Origin: Geminicoccus sp.
GTDB lineage: Bacteria > Pseudomonadota > Alphaproteobacteria > Geminicoccales > Geminicoccaceae
Length of the DNA: 64,000 nucleotides
Direction of reading: 5' to 3'
Assembly (NCBI RefSeq): GCF_035556675.1
Contig: NZ_DATMFZ010000308.1
Coordinates: 128 to 64,127 of the forward strand
Shown: positions 34,552 to 46,398 of the stretch, piece by piece
Position numbering within the stretch: the stretch's first letter is position 1
Layout of the letters: every line of letters starts with the position of its first letter
The notes under the pieces: model-generated
What the model was told of the DNA's origin: nothing
What the model saw: the letters and a program-made list of their open reading frames with translations, nothing else
The model's database searches: none
Translations under genes and position numbers: made by a program

Positions 34552-35366
34552 CGTGCTGCCGCCATCATGCGTCGATCCCGTCGCAGCATCTCACCGGCCA
34601 GATGCGCATAGGCCATGGCGCCCGCCGAGCGCACATCATAGAGCATCACCGGCTTGCCGTGCGATGGTGCTTCGGAGATCCGCACGTTGCGCGGGATCAC
34701 GGTATCGTAAACCCGCTCGCCCATGAAGCTGCGCACGTCCTCGGCCACCTGCTCGGACAGGTTGTTGCGCTTGTCGAACATGGTCAGGACGATGCCGTGC
34801 ATCTGCAGGCGCGGGTTCAGGGTGCGCCGCACCCGCTCGACCGTGCGCAGCAGCATGCTGAGGCCTTCCAGGGCGAAGAACTCGCACTGGAGCGGCACGA
34901 TCACCGCGTGCGCCGCGACCAGCCCGTTCACGGTCAGCACGCCCAGCGAGGGCGGACAGTCGATCAGGACATAGTCGAACCGGTCCTCCAGCCGCAGCAG
35001 CGCATCGCGGAGCCGGTAGCTGCGCTTGCCGTCGTCCACCAGTTCCACCTCGGCCGCCGACAGGTCGACCGTCGAGGTAATCAGGGTGAGACCCGGCACG
35101 GCGGTCTCGGTCAGGGCGTCGGCAACCGGTGCCTGGCCGGTGATCACATCGTAGGCAGTCACGGTGCGCACGGAACGGTCGACACCCAGCCCGGTCGAGG
35201 CATTGCCCTGGGGGTCGAAATCGACCACCAGCACGCGCTTGCCGGCCACCGCCAGGGCAGTGCCGAGATTGATGGTGGTCGTGGTCTTGCCGACCCCACC
35301 CTTCTGATTGGCAACCGCGAAGATGCGTGCCTTGGGCCCGCTCTTAAACTCGACGACCGTCGACAC
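34548..35366 (-). CDS. parA: chromosome partitioning ATPase ParA
   Basis: RIFAVANQKGGVGKTTTTINL is the deviant Walker A. It lies directly upstream of parB. Confidence 0.95.
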   Translation of the reverse strand: MSTVVEFKSGPKARIFAVANQKGGVGKTTTTINLGTALAVAGKRVLVVDFDPQGNASTGLGVDRSVRTVTAYDVITGQAPVADALTETAVPGLTLITSTVDLSAAEVELVDDGKRSYRLRDALLRLEDRFDYVLIDCPPSLGVLTVNGLVAAHAVIVPLQCEFFALEGLSMLLRTVERVRRTLNPRLQMHGIVLTMFDKRNNLSEQVAEDVRSFMGERVYDTVIPRNVRISEAPSHGKPVMLYDVRSAGAMAYAHLAGEMLRRDRRMMAAAR

Positions 35367-35973
35367 GTACGACCTCGCTGACGCGCAGGATATTGCCCCT
35401 CGGATCCGAGAGGCTCGGCAGGACGTCCTGCCTCATATGCCAGTGCCGCGCTGCGTCGGTCAATTCCGACGGCAGCGTCTGGCCCTTGGCGAACAGAGCG
35501 ACCGTGCCCTCCGTCATATGCGGTGCAGCCAGACCGAGCAGCCGGTCCAAGGGTGCGAGCGCCCGTGCCGTCACCACGTCGAGCTTCGGCAGCGTGGCCT
35601 GCTCGATGCGCACCGCATGGATCGTCACTTCCGTCTCGGTGATCCGGGCCGATTCGCGCAGGAAGGCGACCTTGCGCTGGTCGCTTTCCACCAGATGCAT
35701 CTCCGGCACGCCCATGATCGCCAGGATCATGCCCGGCACACCTGGGCCGGTGCCGAGATCTGCCCAGGTCCGGGCGTCGGGCGCCAGCAGGCGCAATTGC
35801 CCGCCATCCAGCACATGGCGGCGCCACGGATCAGCGAGCGTACTGGCCGCCACCAGGTTGATCCGCCGCTGCCACAGCTCCAGCAGCTCCACCCAGCGCC
35901 GCAGCCGCTCCAGCGTTTCACGTGAAACATGCAGCAGCGCCGCGCACTCCTCGGGCGACATCGGCCGGCTCAT
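35344..35973 (-). CDS. rsmG: 16S rRNA (guanine527-N7)-methyltransferase RsmG (GidB)
   Basis: [11 protein letters not shown]..., [12 protein letters not shown] and its position between mnmG and parA support the call. The ATG overlaps the mnmG stop. Confidence 0.95.
   Translation of the reverse strand: MSRPMSPEECAALLHVSRETLERLRRWVELLELWQRRINLVAASTLADPWRRHVLDGGQLRLLAPDARTWADLGTGPGVPGMILAIMGVPEMHLVESDQRKVAFLRESARITETEVTIHAVRIEQATLPKLDVVTARALAPLDRLLGLAAPHMTEGTVALFAKGQTLPSELTDAARHWHMRQDVLPSLSDPRGNILRVSEVVRVDGRRV
35914..35929. promoter_or_regulatory. parS-like centromere site (15/16 to TGTTTCACGTGAAACA), embedded in rsmG
   Basis: The plus strand reads CGTTTCACGTGAAACA. It encodes the H-V-S-R-E-T segment of RsmG. 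Confidence 0.7.
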
Positions 35974-37829
35974 GCCGCGGACGCGCCCGGCCGCTCGACG
36001 AACCGCAGCAACCGGGCGGTCGCAGCCGGGGTCACCCCGGGAATGCGCGCCGCGGCACCCAGCGAGCGCGGCCGGTTCCGGCTCAGCACCGCGATCACCT
36101 CCGCACTCAGACCCGGGATGCCGCGATAGTCGAGATCTTCGGGCAGCGTCAGTTCCTCCTGGGCCCGGAACCGGCGGACCTCCGCCTCCTGCCGGGCCAG
36201 ATAGGTGGCATAACGCGCCTCGATCGCAAGCTGCTCCTGCACCGTGCCGGGCAGACCGGCCAGTGCCGGTGCCAGCGGCACCAGCCGGGCCAGACTGACG
36301 TCCGGCAGGCGCAGCAGGTCGAAGCCGTCCCGGCGCCGGCCGTCCGACTGCACCGCGATGCCGTGCGCCGCCGCCTCGCCCGGCGTCACCGCGATCTTGC
36401 GGAGCAGCTCCCGGCCGAGCTCCAGCGCCTCGAGCTTGGTCAGGTGCGCCTTACGGCGCACCGCACCGACCACGCCCAGGGAGAGCCCGGCATCGGTCAG
36501 GCGAAGGTCGGCATTGTCGGCGCGCAGGCTCAGCCGGAATTCGCTGCGGCTGGTGAACATCCGGTAGGGCTCGGTCACGCCCCGGCTCACCAGGTCATCG
36601 ATCATCACCCCGATCATCGCCTGGCTGCGCTCCAGGATGAAGGGTGGCCGCCCCGCCGCCAGCAGCGCCGCATTGATCCCGGCGACGATCCCCTGGCCCG
36701 CCGCTTCCTCATAGCCGGTCGTGCCGTTGATCTGCCCGGCGAGATAGAGGCCCGGCAGGCGGCGCATGGCCAAATCCGGCCCGAGCTCGCGCGGGTCGAC
36801 ATGGTCATACTCGATCGCATAGCCGAACTGGGCGATCTCGGCCCGCTCCAGCCCGGTGATCGAGCGGACCAGGGCGAGCTGGACCTCGCGCGGCAGTGCG
36901 GTCGAGATCCCGTTCGGATAGACCAGCGGGTCGTCCGCTCCTTCCGGCTCCAGGAAGACCTGGTGGCGCTCCCGATCGGCAAAGCGCACCACCTTGTCCT
37001 CGATCGACGGGCAGTAGCGCACGCCGCCTGCGGTGATCTGGCCGGAGAACACCGGCGACCGGGCCAGGTCGGCACGGATCAGCGCGTGGGTGGCGGGGTT
37101 GGTCCAGGTGATCCGGCACTCCACCTGCTTCTGGCCGATCCGGTCGGTCAGGAACGACATCGGCACCGGCGGCTCGTCGCCCGGCTGCGCCTGCAGCACT
37201 GCCCAGTCGATGCTGTCCCGCCGCAGCCTGGGCGGCGTGCCGGTCTTGAGGCGACCCAGCGTGATGCCGGCTGCCGCCAGCCGCTCCGGCAGACGCACTG
37301 ATGGCCGCTCGCCTAGGCGGCCAGCCGGCCGGCGTTCCTCACCCAGATGGATCTCGCCACGCAGGAAGGTGCCGGTGGTCAGCACGACTGCAGCCGCGCG
37401 CAGCGCACGGCCCTCCTGGTCGATCACGCCCCGGACCCGGCGGTTCTCCAGGATCAGGTCGACTGCCTCGGCCTCCAGCACCTGCAGGCCGTCCTGCTCG
37501 GCGAGCAGCGCCTGTACTTCCGCCTCGTAAGCGCGGCGGTCGGCCTGGATGCGCGGTGCGCGCACCGCCGCTCCCTTGTCCGCGGCGAGCATGCGGAACT
37601 GGATACCGGCCCGGTCGATCGCCCGTGCCATGATTCCATCCAGCGCATCGACCTCACGCACCAGCTGGCCACGGCCGAGCCCGCCGATCGCGGGATTGCA
37701 CGACATCCGCCCGATCGCCTGGCGATCCTGGGTCAGGAGCGCGGTACGGGCGCCGAGCCTCGCCGCGGCGGCGGCCGCCTCCACCCCGGCATGGCCACCG
37801 CCGATCACGATCACGTCGAAGATTTGCAT
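35970..37829 (-). CDS. mnmG: tRNA uridine 5-carboxymethylaminomethyl modification enzyme MnmG (GidA)
   Basis: [19 protein letters not shown]... and the 619-aa length are canonical GidA. Confidence 0.97.
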   Translation of the reverse strand: MQIFDVIVIGGGHAGVEAAAAAARLGARTALLTQDRQAIGRMSCNPAIGGLGRGQLVREVDALDGIMARAIDRAGIQFRMLAADKGAAVRAPRIQADRRAYEAEVQALLAEQDGLQVLEAEAVDLILENRRVRGVIDQEGRALRAAAVVLTTGTFLRGEIHLGEERRPAGRLGERPSVRLPERLAAAGITLGRLKTGTPPRLRRDSIDWAVLQAQPGDEPPVPMSFLTDRIGQKQVECRITWTNPATHALIRADLARSPVFSGQITAGGVRYCPSIEDKVVRFADRERHQVFLEPEGADDPLVYPNGISTALPREVQLALVRSITGLERAEIAQFGYAIEYDHVDPRELGPDLAMRRLPGLYLAGQINGTTGYEEAAGQGIVAGINAALLAAGRPPFILERSQAMIGVMIDDLVSRGVTEPYRMFTSRSEFRLSLRADNADLRLTDAGLSLGVVGAVRRKAHLTKLEALELGRELLRKIAVTPGEAAAHGIAVQSDGRRRDGFDLLRLPDVSLARLVPLAPALAGLPGTVQEQLAIEARYATYLARQEAEVRRFRAQEELTLPEDLDYRGIPGLSAEVIAVLSRNRPRSLGAAARIPGVTPAATARLLRFVERPGASAA

Positions 37830-37932
37830 GGCAGGTCGCAGCGGGCCCGAATTGAACTAGCGCATTGGCGCGCGCGCCGCTTCAAAGGCATAGCGCCCGC
37901 TGGTGATAGGCGAATCCAGACCGCAGGGAAAC

Positions 37933-40443
37933 ATGATGTCCTCCGTAGTGCTCGCCATGTTGGCGCTGGCCGTGCTGCTCGGGATTTCCGCCTTCGTACC
38001 GGCTCTGGCCGACCGTCTGCGCCTGCCGGCCACCACCCTGCTGGCGATCGTCGGCATCGCGATCGGTGGCCTCCTGTTCTTCACCGACACCCACATGTTC
38101 CCCGGCTGGACGCCCGGACTGGGCGGGCTGATCGGAAACCTCGCCGATCTGCACATCCCGCCGGACATGCTGCTCCTGGTGTTCCTGCCGATCCTCTTGT
38201 TCGAGAGCTCGATCAGCCTGGATGCCCGGGCGCTGCGTGACGATCTGGTGCCGGTGCTGGCCATGGCGGTGCTGGCCGTGCTGGTGACCACGCTGGTGGT
38301 CGGCGCCTCGCTCAACCCGTTCACCGCCGTGCCGCTGGCCGGCTGCCTGTTGCTGGGTGCGGTGGTCGCCACCACCGACCCGATCGCGGTGATCGGGGTG
38401 TTCCGCGAGGTAGGTGCACCGCGCCGCCTGTCCGACCTGGTCGAGGGCGAGAGCCTGCTGAACGATGCCGCGGCGATCGCCCTGTTCAGCGCCTTCGTCG
38501 CCGCCCTGCGTGCTGGCAATGACGGCGATCCCACGGCGATCGCCTGGACCTTCCTGTGGGACTTCATCGGCGGCGGGCTGTTCGGCGTGGTGCTGGGCCG
38601 GCTCGGTGCCGCACTGCTCACCCGGCTGGACCAGGCCGGGCCGGCCGAGATCACCCTGTCCGTGTCGCTGGCCTATCTCGCCTACATCATCGGCGAGGAC
38701 GTGCTGCATATCTCCGGCGTGGTCGCGACCGTCGCCGCAGGCCTGGCATTCGGCTATCTCGGCCGGCGCCGGATGAGCACCCAGTCCTGGGGCTCGATTC
38801 ACCATGTCTGGCAGCAGCTCGGCTTCTGGGCCGCGTCGCTCGTCTTCATGATGGCGGCCATGCTGATCCCCAAGGTGCTGGTCGAGTTCCGGCTCCAGGA
38901 CTTCTACCTGCTCGTGGTGCTCATCCTCGCCACCTTCGCCGCCCGCGTGTTCGTGCTCTACGCCGTGATCCCGCTGCTCACCGCGCTCAAGCTGGCCAAC
39001 CCGATCCGCAGCGCCTACCGCATGGTGATGCTCTGGGGTGGCCTGCGCGGTGCCGTCACCCTGGCCCTGGCTCTGGCCGTTTCCGAGCTGCCGGGCATCT
39101 CCGACGAGGTGAAGCACCTGGTCGAGGTGGTGGCGGTCTCCTATGTGCTGTTCACCCTGTTCATCCAGGGCACTACGCTGCGTGCACTGATCGGCTGGCT
39201 CGGGCTGAACCAGCTCGGTCCGCTCGAGCGCATGGTGCGCGACCGTGCCCTGGAACTCAGCCAGACCAACATGCTGGACCAGCTCCGGCTGGAGGCGGTG
39301 CGGCTCGGCATCGACCCGGAGACCTCGCCGGAGATCGACCGGCTGAACAAGGAACGCCTCGCCCAGCCGCGGCGGGTGGCACCGCTCGGCGACGACATGC
39401 TGTCCCAGCAGCTCACCGCGGCCCTGCTGACCGTCACGCGCCGCGAGGCCACGCTCTATGTCGAGGAGATCGGCCGGGGTCTGGCCGGGCGACGCACCGC
39501 CGCACAGCTGCTCGGCAATACCGATCAGCTCCAGGATGCGCTGCAGACCGATGGCGTGCGTGGCTACCGGTCGGTCGCCAAGCAGCTCAGCCGGTTCGAC
39601 TGGTACATGCGGCTCTGCGTCTGGATCCAGCGTACCTTTCGCTGGTCGACGCCGCTTGCCCGCCAGCTCGCCGACCGGTTCGAGGTCATGCTGATCAGCC
39701 GGCGGGTCATGAACGAGTGCATCGAGTTCGCCCGGGAGCGCCTGCCATCCCTGTTCGAGCCACGGGTCGCCGAGACGGCGCTGCATGTGGTCCAGGCTCG
39801 CAAGGAGCTGATCGATCGCAGCTTCGAGGCGCTCGAGCTGCAATATCCCGAATATGCCGAGGCATTGCGCACCCGCTATCTGGATCGCGCGGCACTGCGC
39901 ATGGAGGAGGATGCCTATCGGCAGATGCTGCAGGACCGGCTGATCACCCCACCGGTCTATCGCAACCTGATGGAGGCGACCCGGCTGCACGCCCGCGAGC
40001 TGGAACAGGCGCCGACGCTCGACCTGCACATGGACATCCCGGCGATCCTCCGCGAGCTGCCGCTGTTCAAGGACCTGGCGCCGGAGCAGATCGAGGCGGT
40101 CAGCCGCCTGCTCCGGCCACGCATGGCGCTGCCGCGCGAGCGGATCGTACGTGCCGGAGAGCTGGGCGACCGGATGTTCTTCGTGGCGAGTGGTGCCGTC
40201 GAGGTGGTCCTGGACGAGCCGGTCCGGCTCGGCACCGGTGACTTCTTCGGCGAGCTCGGCCTGCTCACCCGCGAGCCGCGCGTGACCGATGTGGTCGCGA
40301 TGGGCTACTGCCATCTGCTCGAACTGCATGCCGACGTGTTCGAGCGGTTCCTGGCTGCGGATCCCCAAGCGGCGGCGGCCATCCGGCGGGTGGCAGCCGA
40401 GCGGCTGGGCGTGTGGCAGGAGCCAGCCCAGCCAATCGGCTGA
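37933..40443 (+). CDS. CPA1-type cation/proton (Na+/H+) antiporter fused to a C-terminal cyclic-nucleotide-binding domain
   Basis: I take the ATG at 37933, after AGGGAA; the ORF track starts at GTG 37903. About 12 TM segments carry ATTDPIAV and ESLLNDAAAI (NhaP-like). The C-terminus has LFKDL...RIVRAGELGDRMFFVASGAVEV...GDFFGELGLL (cNMP-binding). Confidence 0.85.
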   Translation: MMSSVVLAMLALAVLLGISAFVPALADRLRLPATTLLAIVGIAIGGLLFFTDTHMFPGWTPGLGGLIGNLADLHIPPDMLLLVFLPILLFESSISLDARALRDDLVPVLAMAVLAVLVTTLVVGASLNPFTAVPLAGCLLLGAVVATTDPIAVIGVFREVGAPRRLSDLVEGESLLNDAAAIALFSAFVAALRAGNDGDPTAIAWTFLWDFIGGGLFGVVLGRLGAALLTRLDQAGPAEITLSVSLAYLAYIIGEDVLHISGVVATVAAGLAFGYLGRRRMSTQSWGSIHHVWQQLGFWAASLVFMMAAMLIPKVLVEFRLQDFYLLVVLILATFAARVFVLYAVIPLLTALKLANPIRSAYRMVMLWGGLRGAVTLALALAVSELPGISDEVKHLVEVVAVSYVLFTLFIQGTTLRALIGWLGLNQLGPLERMVRDRALELSQTNMLDQLRLEAVRLGIDPETSPEIDRLNKERLAQPRRVAPLGDDMLSQQLTAALLTVTRREATLYVEEIGRGLAGRRTAAQLLGNTDQLQDALQTDGVRGYRSVAKQLSRFDWYMRLCVWIQRTFRWSTPLARQLADRFEVMLISRRVMNECIEFARERLPSLFEPRVAETALHVVQARKELIDRSFEALELQYPEYAEALRTRYLDRAALRMEEDAYRQMLQDRLITPPVYRNLMEATRLHARELEQAPTLDLHMDIPAILRELPLFKDLAPEQIEAVSRLLRPRMALPRERIVRAGELGDRMFFVASGAVEVVLDEPVRLGTGDFFGELGLLTREPRVTDVVAMGYCHLLELHADVFERFLAADPQAAAAIRRVAAERLGVWQEPAQPIG

Positions 40444-40444
40444 A

Positions 40445-40460
40445 TGTTCCACGTGAAACA
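40445..40460. promoter_or_regulatory. parS-like centromere site (15/16), intergenic
   Basis: TGTTCCACGTGAAACA lies in the 26-bp gap between the convergent antiporter and mnmE stops. Confidence 0.7.
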
Positions 40461-40469
40461 CACAAGCGG

Positions 40470-41912
40470 CTACTTGCCGATGCAGAACCGGGCGAAGATC
40501 CGGTCCAGCACATTCTCGGCGTCGGCACCCGCACCCGTCACCCGCGCCAACGCTTGGCTCGCCTGACGCAGCGCTTCGGCCACCAGCACCGGCTCGGCCA
40601 AGTGAACTGCCCCTGACGCATCGTCCAGCGCCGCCTGCGCGTCGCGCAGCGCCGCTTCGGCCCGAGCACCTACGGGCACTGCCCCGGCTTCCGCCTGGTC
40701 CGGTGCCGCCAAGGCGGCGACCAGCTGCGCCAGCATTCGGTCGATCCCGGCACCGGTGCGGCACGAGATCGCCAGATGATCCGCCGGCACCGATGCGAGG
40801 TCGGCCTTGTTCGCCACCACCAGCCGCGCCTGGCCCGCCGCGTGCGGCACCGCCGGCAGTGCCGGCAGCACCGGCTCGCTGGCATCGACCAGCTCCAGCA
40901 CCAGGTCGGCGGATGCGGCCTTCTCTCTGGCGCGGCGCATCCCTTCCTGCTCGATCGGATCGTCGCTGTCGCGCAGCCCCGCCGTGTCGATCAGTGTCAC
41001 CGGCAGCCCGGCCAGGTCCAGCGCCACCTCGACCGGATCGCGGGTAGTACCCGGGCGATCCGTCACGATCGCGACCTCCCGGCCAGCCAGCAGGTTGACG
41101 AGGCTGGACTTGCCGACATTGGGCGCGCCCACCACCGTCACGACGAAGCCCTGGCGCAGCCGCTCCGCCGCCGGAGCCCGGGCCAGCGCCTCCGCCAGCT
41201 CGGCGCGCAGCCGCACCATGGCCGGCCCGATCCGGTCGAGCGTCCCGGAAGCGACATCCGCCTGGTCTGCGGCGAAATCCAGCTCGGCCTCCACCGCGGC
41301 ACGCAGCTCCATGAGCTGTTCGTGCCACTGGCCGACCTGGCGCCCGACCGCGCCTTCCAGCCTCGAGAGCGCCGTGCGCACCCCACGCGCGGTGGTGGCC
41401 TCGATCAGGTCGCCCAGGCCCTCTACGGCCGCCAGATCGAGCTTGCCCGCCAGATAGGCGCGCCGCGTGAACTCGCCCGGCTCCGCAGGGCGCAAGCCGG
41501 GCATCCGGCCCAGCGCCGCCGCCAGCATCCGGCGCACACCGATGCCGCCATGGTGCTGCAGCTCGACCAGGTCCTCGCCGGTGAAGCTGGCCGGGGCCGC
41601 AAAGCGCAGCAGCAGGGCCTGGTCGATCGGCGGCCCACCCGGCCCGTCGCATAGCCGGGCCAGCACCGCCCGGCGCGGCGCGGGCGGCCGACCGACACCC
41701 AGGTCCGCCAGCGCCTGCAGCGCCGCCGGCCCGGAGATCCGCAGCACCGCCACCGCCGAGCGGCCGGGCGGCGTCGCCCAGGCCCAGATCGTGTCGCCCG
41801 TCAGCGCTTGTCGTCCTTGGGCGGGGAGGGTGGCCGCATCCCGGTCGCGGTCGCCATCATCTGCGCCCAGATGGTCTGCCACTGCTCCAGCCCCTTGGAC
41901 AGCGGCAGCCAA
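40470..41912 (-). CDS. mnmE: tRNA modification GTPase MnmE (TrmE)
   Basis: DTIWAWATPPGRSAVAVLRISG, the G-domain VVGAPNVGKSSLVNLL and the C-terminal FCIGK are present. The coordinates are the maximal ORF. The conserved N-terminus begins near 41795, so the real start is probably later than 41912 (see finding). Confidence 0.93.
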   Translation of the reverse strand: MAAAVQGAGAVADHLGADDGDRDRDAATLPAQGRQALTGDTIWAWATPPGRSAVAVLRISGPAALQALADLGVGRPPAPRRAVLARLCDGPGGPPIDQALLLRFAAPASFTGEDLVELQHHGGIGVRRMLAAALGRMPGLRPAEPGEFTRRAYLAGKLDLAAVEGLGDLIEATTARGVRTALSRLEGAVGRQVGQWHEQLMELRAAVEAELDFAADQADVASGTLDRIGPAMVRLRAELAEALARAPAAERLRQGFVVTVVGAPNVGKSSLVNLLAGREVAIVTDRPGTTRDPVEVALDLAGLPVTLIDTAGLRDSDDPIEQEGMRRAREKAASADLVLELVDASEPVLPALPAVPHAAGQARLVVANKADLASVPADHLAISCRTGAGIDRMLAQLVAALAAPDQAEAGAVPVGARAEAALRDAQAALDDASGAVHLAEPVLVAEALRQASQALARVTGAGADAENVLDRIFARFCIGK

Positions 41913-42070
41913 GTCTCCATGAGCTGCTTGGTGTCCGTGGCGTTGATCGCGTCCGACAGGCGCTTTTCCAGCGTGTCCATCAGGCTCTTCTGCATGGGCG
42001 CCACGTCGGGCAGGCCCAGGAACTGCCTGGCCTCCTCGGGTGTGCAGTCGATGTCGATGCTCACTTTCAT
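41801..42070 (-). CDS. small conserved hypothetical protein (DUF6489-like)
   Basis: I take the ATG at 42070, after GAGG. MKVSIDIDCTPEEARQFLGLPDVAPMQKSLMDTLEKRL... resembles a small alphaproteobacterial family I recall. The family label is tentative. Confidence 0.55.
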   Translation of the reverse strand: MKVSIDIDCTPEEARQFLGLPDVAPMQKSLMDTLEKRLSDAINATDTKQLMETWLPLSKGLEQWQTIWAQMMATATGMRPPSPPKDDKR

Positions 42071-42171
42071 GTCCGCCTCGCCGTGTTGGTCCCGCCGCTC
42101 CACATCCTTAGGACGACGGCGGCCAACGGCAACCTCCGGCCACCGTCGCGACCAACGAGGGGAGCTGGTCC

Positions 42172-44208
<2,037 letters not shown>

Positions 44209-44247
44209 CGGCACGGAGCGAAACGAACCCGAGAAGGATGAAGGCGC

Positions 44248-45219
44248 ATGGCGACCAGAGTGATGGTGCGCAAGACTGGCGGCCCGGAGGTATTGGAAAC
44301 CGAGAGCTTCGAACCGGCCAAGCCAGGCCCCGGCGAGGTGCTGCTGCGCCAGCGCGCGGTCGGCCTGAACTTCATCGACTGCTACTTTCGCACCGGCCTC
44401 TATCCCACGCCCCTGCCCTTCACGCCGGGCTTCGAGGGCTGCGGCATCATCGAGGCGGCCGGCGACGGGGTCGACCTGAAGGTCGGCCAGCGGGTCGCCT
44501 ACGGCACCGGGCCGATCGGCGCCTATACCGACATGCGGGTGATGCCGGCCGGCCCGCTCGTCCCGGTCCCGGACGCGATCCCGGACGACGTGGCCTGCGC
44601 CATGATGCTGAAGGGCATGACCGCCCGCTATCTCCTGCGCCGCACCTTCCGCGTCGAGCCCGGCCACACCATCCTGATCCACGCCGCAGCCGGCGGGGTT
44701 GGCCTGATCGTCTGCCAGTGGGCGAAGCATCTGGGTGCCACGGTGATCGGCACGGTCTCGACCGATGAGAAGGCCGAACTCGCCAGGGCCAATGGCTGCG
44801 ACCACCCGATCGTCTACAGCCGCGAGGACTTCGTCGCCCGGGTCAAGGAGATCACCGGCGGCAAGGGCGTGGACGTGGTCTACGATTCGGTCGGCAAGGA
44901 CACCTTCCTGAAGTCGCTGGACTGCCTGAAGCGCCTCGGCATGATGGTCACCTTCGGCCAGTCGTCCGGCAAGGTGGAGCCGTTCGACACCGGGCTGCTC
45001 GCCCAGAAGGGCTCCCTGTTCCTGACCCGGCCGACCCTGTTCTCCTATGTCGCCGAGCGCCAGGACCTGCTCGAGACCGCCAGGGACCTGACCGACGTGG
45101 TCGCGAGCGGGGCGGTGAAAATCCAGGTGGAGCAGAAATATCCGCTGGCCGACGCGGCCGCGGCCCATCGCGACCTGGAAGCGCGCAAGACCACCGGTGC
45201 CACGGTGCTCATTCCCTGA
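44248..45219 (+). CDS. qor: NADPH:quinone oxidoreductase (zeta-crystallin-type MDR)
   Basis: GLNFIDCYFRTGLYP, the IHAAAGGVGL Rossmann motif and the 323-aa length fit. Confidence 0.88.
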   Translation: MATRVMVRKTGGPEVLETESFEPAKPGPGEVLLRQRAVGLNFIDCYFRTGLYPTPLPFTPGFEGCGIIEAAGDGVDLKVGQRVAYGTGPIGAYTDMRVMPAGPLVPVPDAIPDDVACAMMLKGMTARYLLRRTFRVEPGHTILIHAAAGGVGLIVCQWAKHLGATVIGTVSTDEKAELARANGCDHPIVYSREDFVARVKEITGGKGVDVVYDSVGKDTFLKSLDCLKRLGMMVTFGQSSGKVEPFDTGLLAQKGSLFLTRPTLFSYVAERQDLLETARDLTDVVASGAVKIQVEQKYPLADAAAAHRDLEARKTTGATVLIP

Positions 45220-45613
45220 CCGTATCCGCCGGCCGGGTCTCCTTCGCGAGCCCGGCCGGCTCCTTGAACCGGTCCTGGAGCCAGCGGTCGTAGAAGGCCA
45301 GCGCCGCCGCCCGCCCCTCGCTCAGGCACCACAGCCGCTTGCCGCTGATCGAGCGGTTCTGCCATTCGCGGTCGAACGCGACCGCGGCCGTGATCCGGGC
45401 AGCACTGGCCTGCTGCTCGTCCAGGCCATCGGCCGCCCTCGCCTCCGCACAGGCGAGTGCGGCCCCAGCGGCCAGGCCGTCGTTCCACAGGCCGCAATAG
45501 TGCAGCACTTCCTGGTCATAGGCGCAGCGTGCATAGGGCGGCAGCGTGTCGCGCGGCCCGGCCAGGGCAGGTGCCGTGATCAGCAGCAGGAGGCCGGTCA
45601 GCCGCAGGATCAC
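45209..45613 (-). CDS. secreted hypothetical protein (4 Cys)
   Basis: The GTG at 45613 overlaps the TauE stop (GTGA). VILRLTGLLLLITAPALA looks like a signal peptide. I recognise no family. Confidence 0.45.
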   Translation of the reverse strand: MILRLTGLLLLITAPALAGPRDTLPPYARCAYDQEVLHYCGLWNDGLAAGAALACAEARAADGLDEQQASAARITAAVAFDREWQNRSISGKRLWCLSEGRAAALAFYDRWLQDRFKEPAGLAKETRPADTVRE

Positions 45614-46398
45614 ATGAAACCGTCCCAGAGCAGCTTGACCCCCGTCAGCAGCACGAAGCCCACGCACAGCGGATAGAACCAGCGGTCGCTGACGCGGTGG
45701 TGCAGCCGCACCCCCGCCAGCATGCCCAGAGCTGCCACCGGCACCATGCAGAGGATCGTGGTGACGATCGACTGGTCGAACAGGCCGATCATGAAGTAGG
45801 GCGGCAGCTTCGCGAGGTTGATGGCGGCGAACAGGATGGTCATCGTACCGACGAACACCGTCTTGTTCAGCCGCAGCGGCACCAGATAGAGGTTGGCGGG
45901 CGGTCCGCCGGCATGGGCGATCGTGCTGGTGAAGCCGGCGGCACTGCCCAGCACCACGCCGGACAGCGGCCTTGGCGGCTTGCCGGTGCCGATCCGCGCT
46001 GCCGGGCGCAGGAACCAGTCCAGCGAGAACAGCACCGAGGTGGCGCCCAGGAGAATGCGCACCGCGTCCTCCGACAGCCAGTCGAACGCCAGGGTGCCGA
46101 GCACGATCCCGACCAGCGCGCCGGGCAGGAGTGCCGCCACCGCGTGCCGGCTCCAGCTGCGCCGGTACGCCCACACGCCGATCGCGTCCATCAGGCAGAG
46201 CAGCGGCAGCATGATCGCCGCGGCATGGGCCGGGGACATCACCCAGCTCATCAGCGGCACCGACACCATGCCGAGCCCGCCACCGAATCCGCCTTTGCTG
46301 AGCGCACTGATCAGGACGCCGGTGATCACCAGCATCCAGTAGAGCAGGTCCTGATTCAACGAAGTGGGCTCACATCCCGGCGATCTTCTTGAGCGCAT
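45610..46398 (-). CDS. sulfite exporter TauE/SafE family membrane protein
   Basis: It has multiple TM segments and two TauE-like halves (SKGGFGGGLG ... GGPPANLY). An alternative TTG start at 46359 would remove the 29-nt overlap with the upstream gene. Confidence 0.85.
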   Translation of the reverse strand: MRSRRSPGCEPTSLNQDLLYWMLVITGVLISALSKGGFGGGLGMVSVPLMSWVMSPAHAAAIMLPLLCLMDAIGVWAYRRSWSRHAVAALLPGALVGIVLGTLAFDWLSEDAVRILLGATSVLFSLDWFLRPAARIGTGKPPRPLSGVVLGSAAGFTSTIAHAGGPPANLYLVPLRLNKTVFVGTMTILFAAINLAKLPPYFMIGLFDQSIVTTILCMVPVAALGMLAGVRLHHRVSDRWFYPLCVGFVLLTGVKLLWDGFM

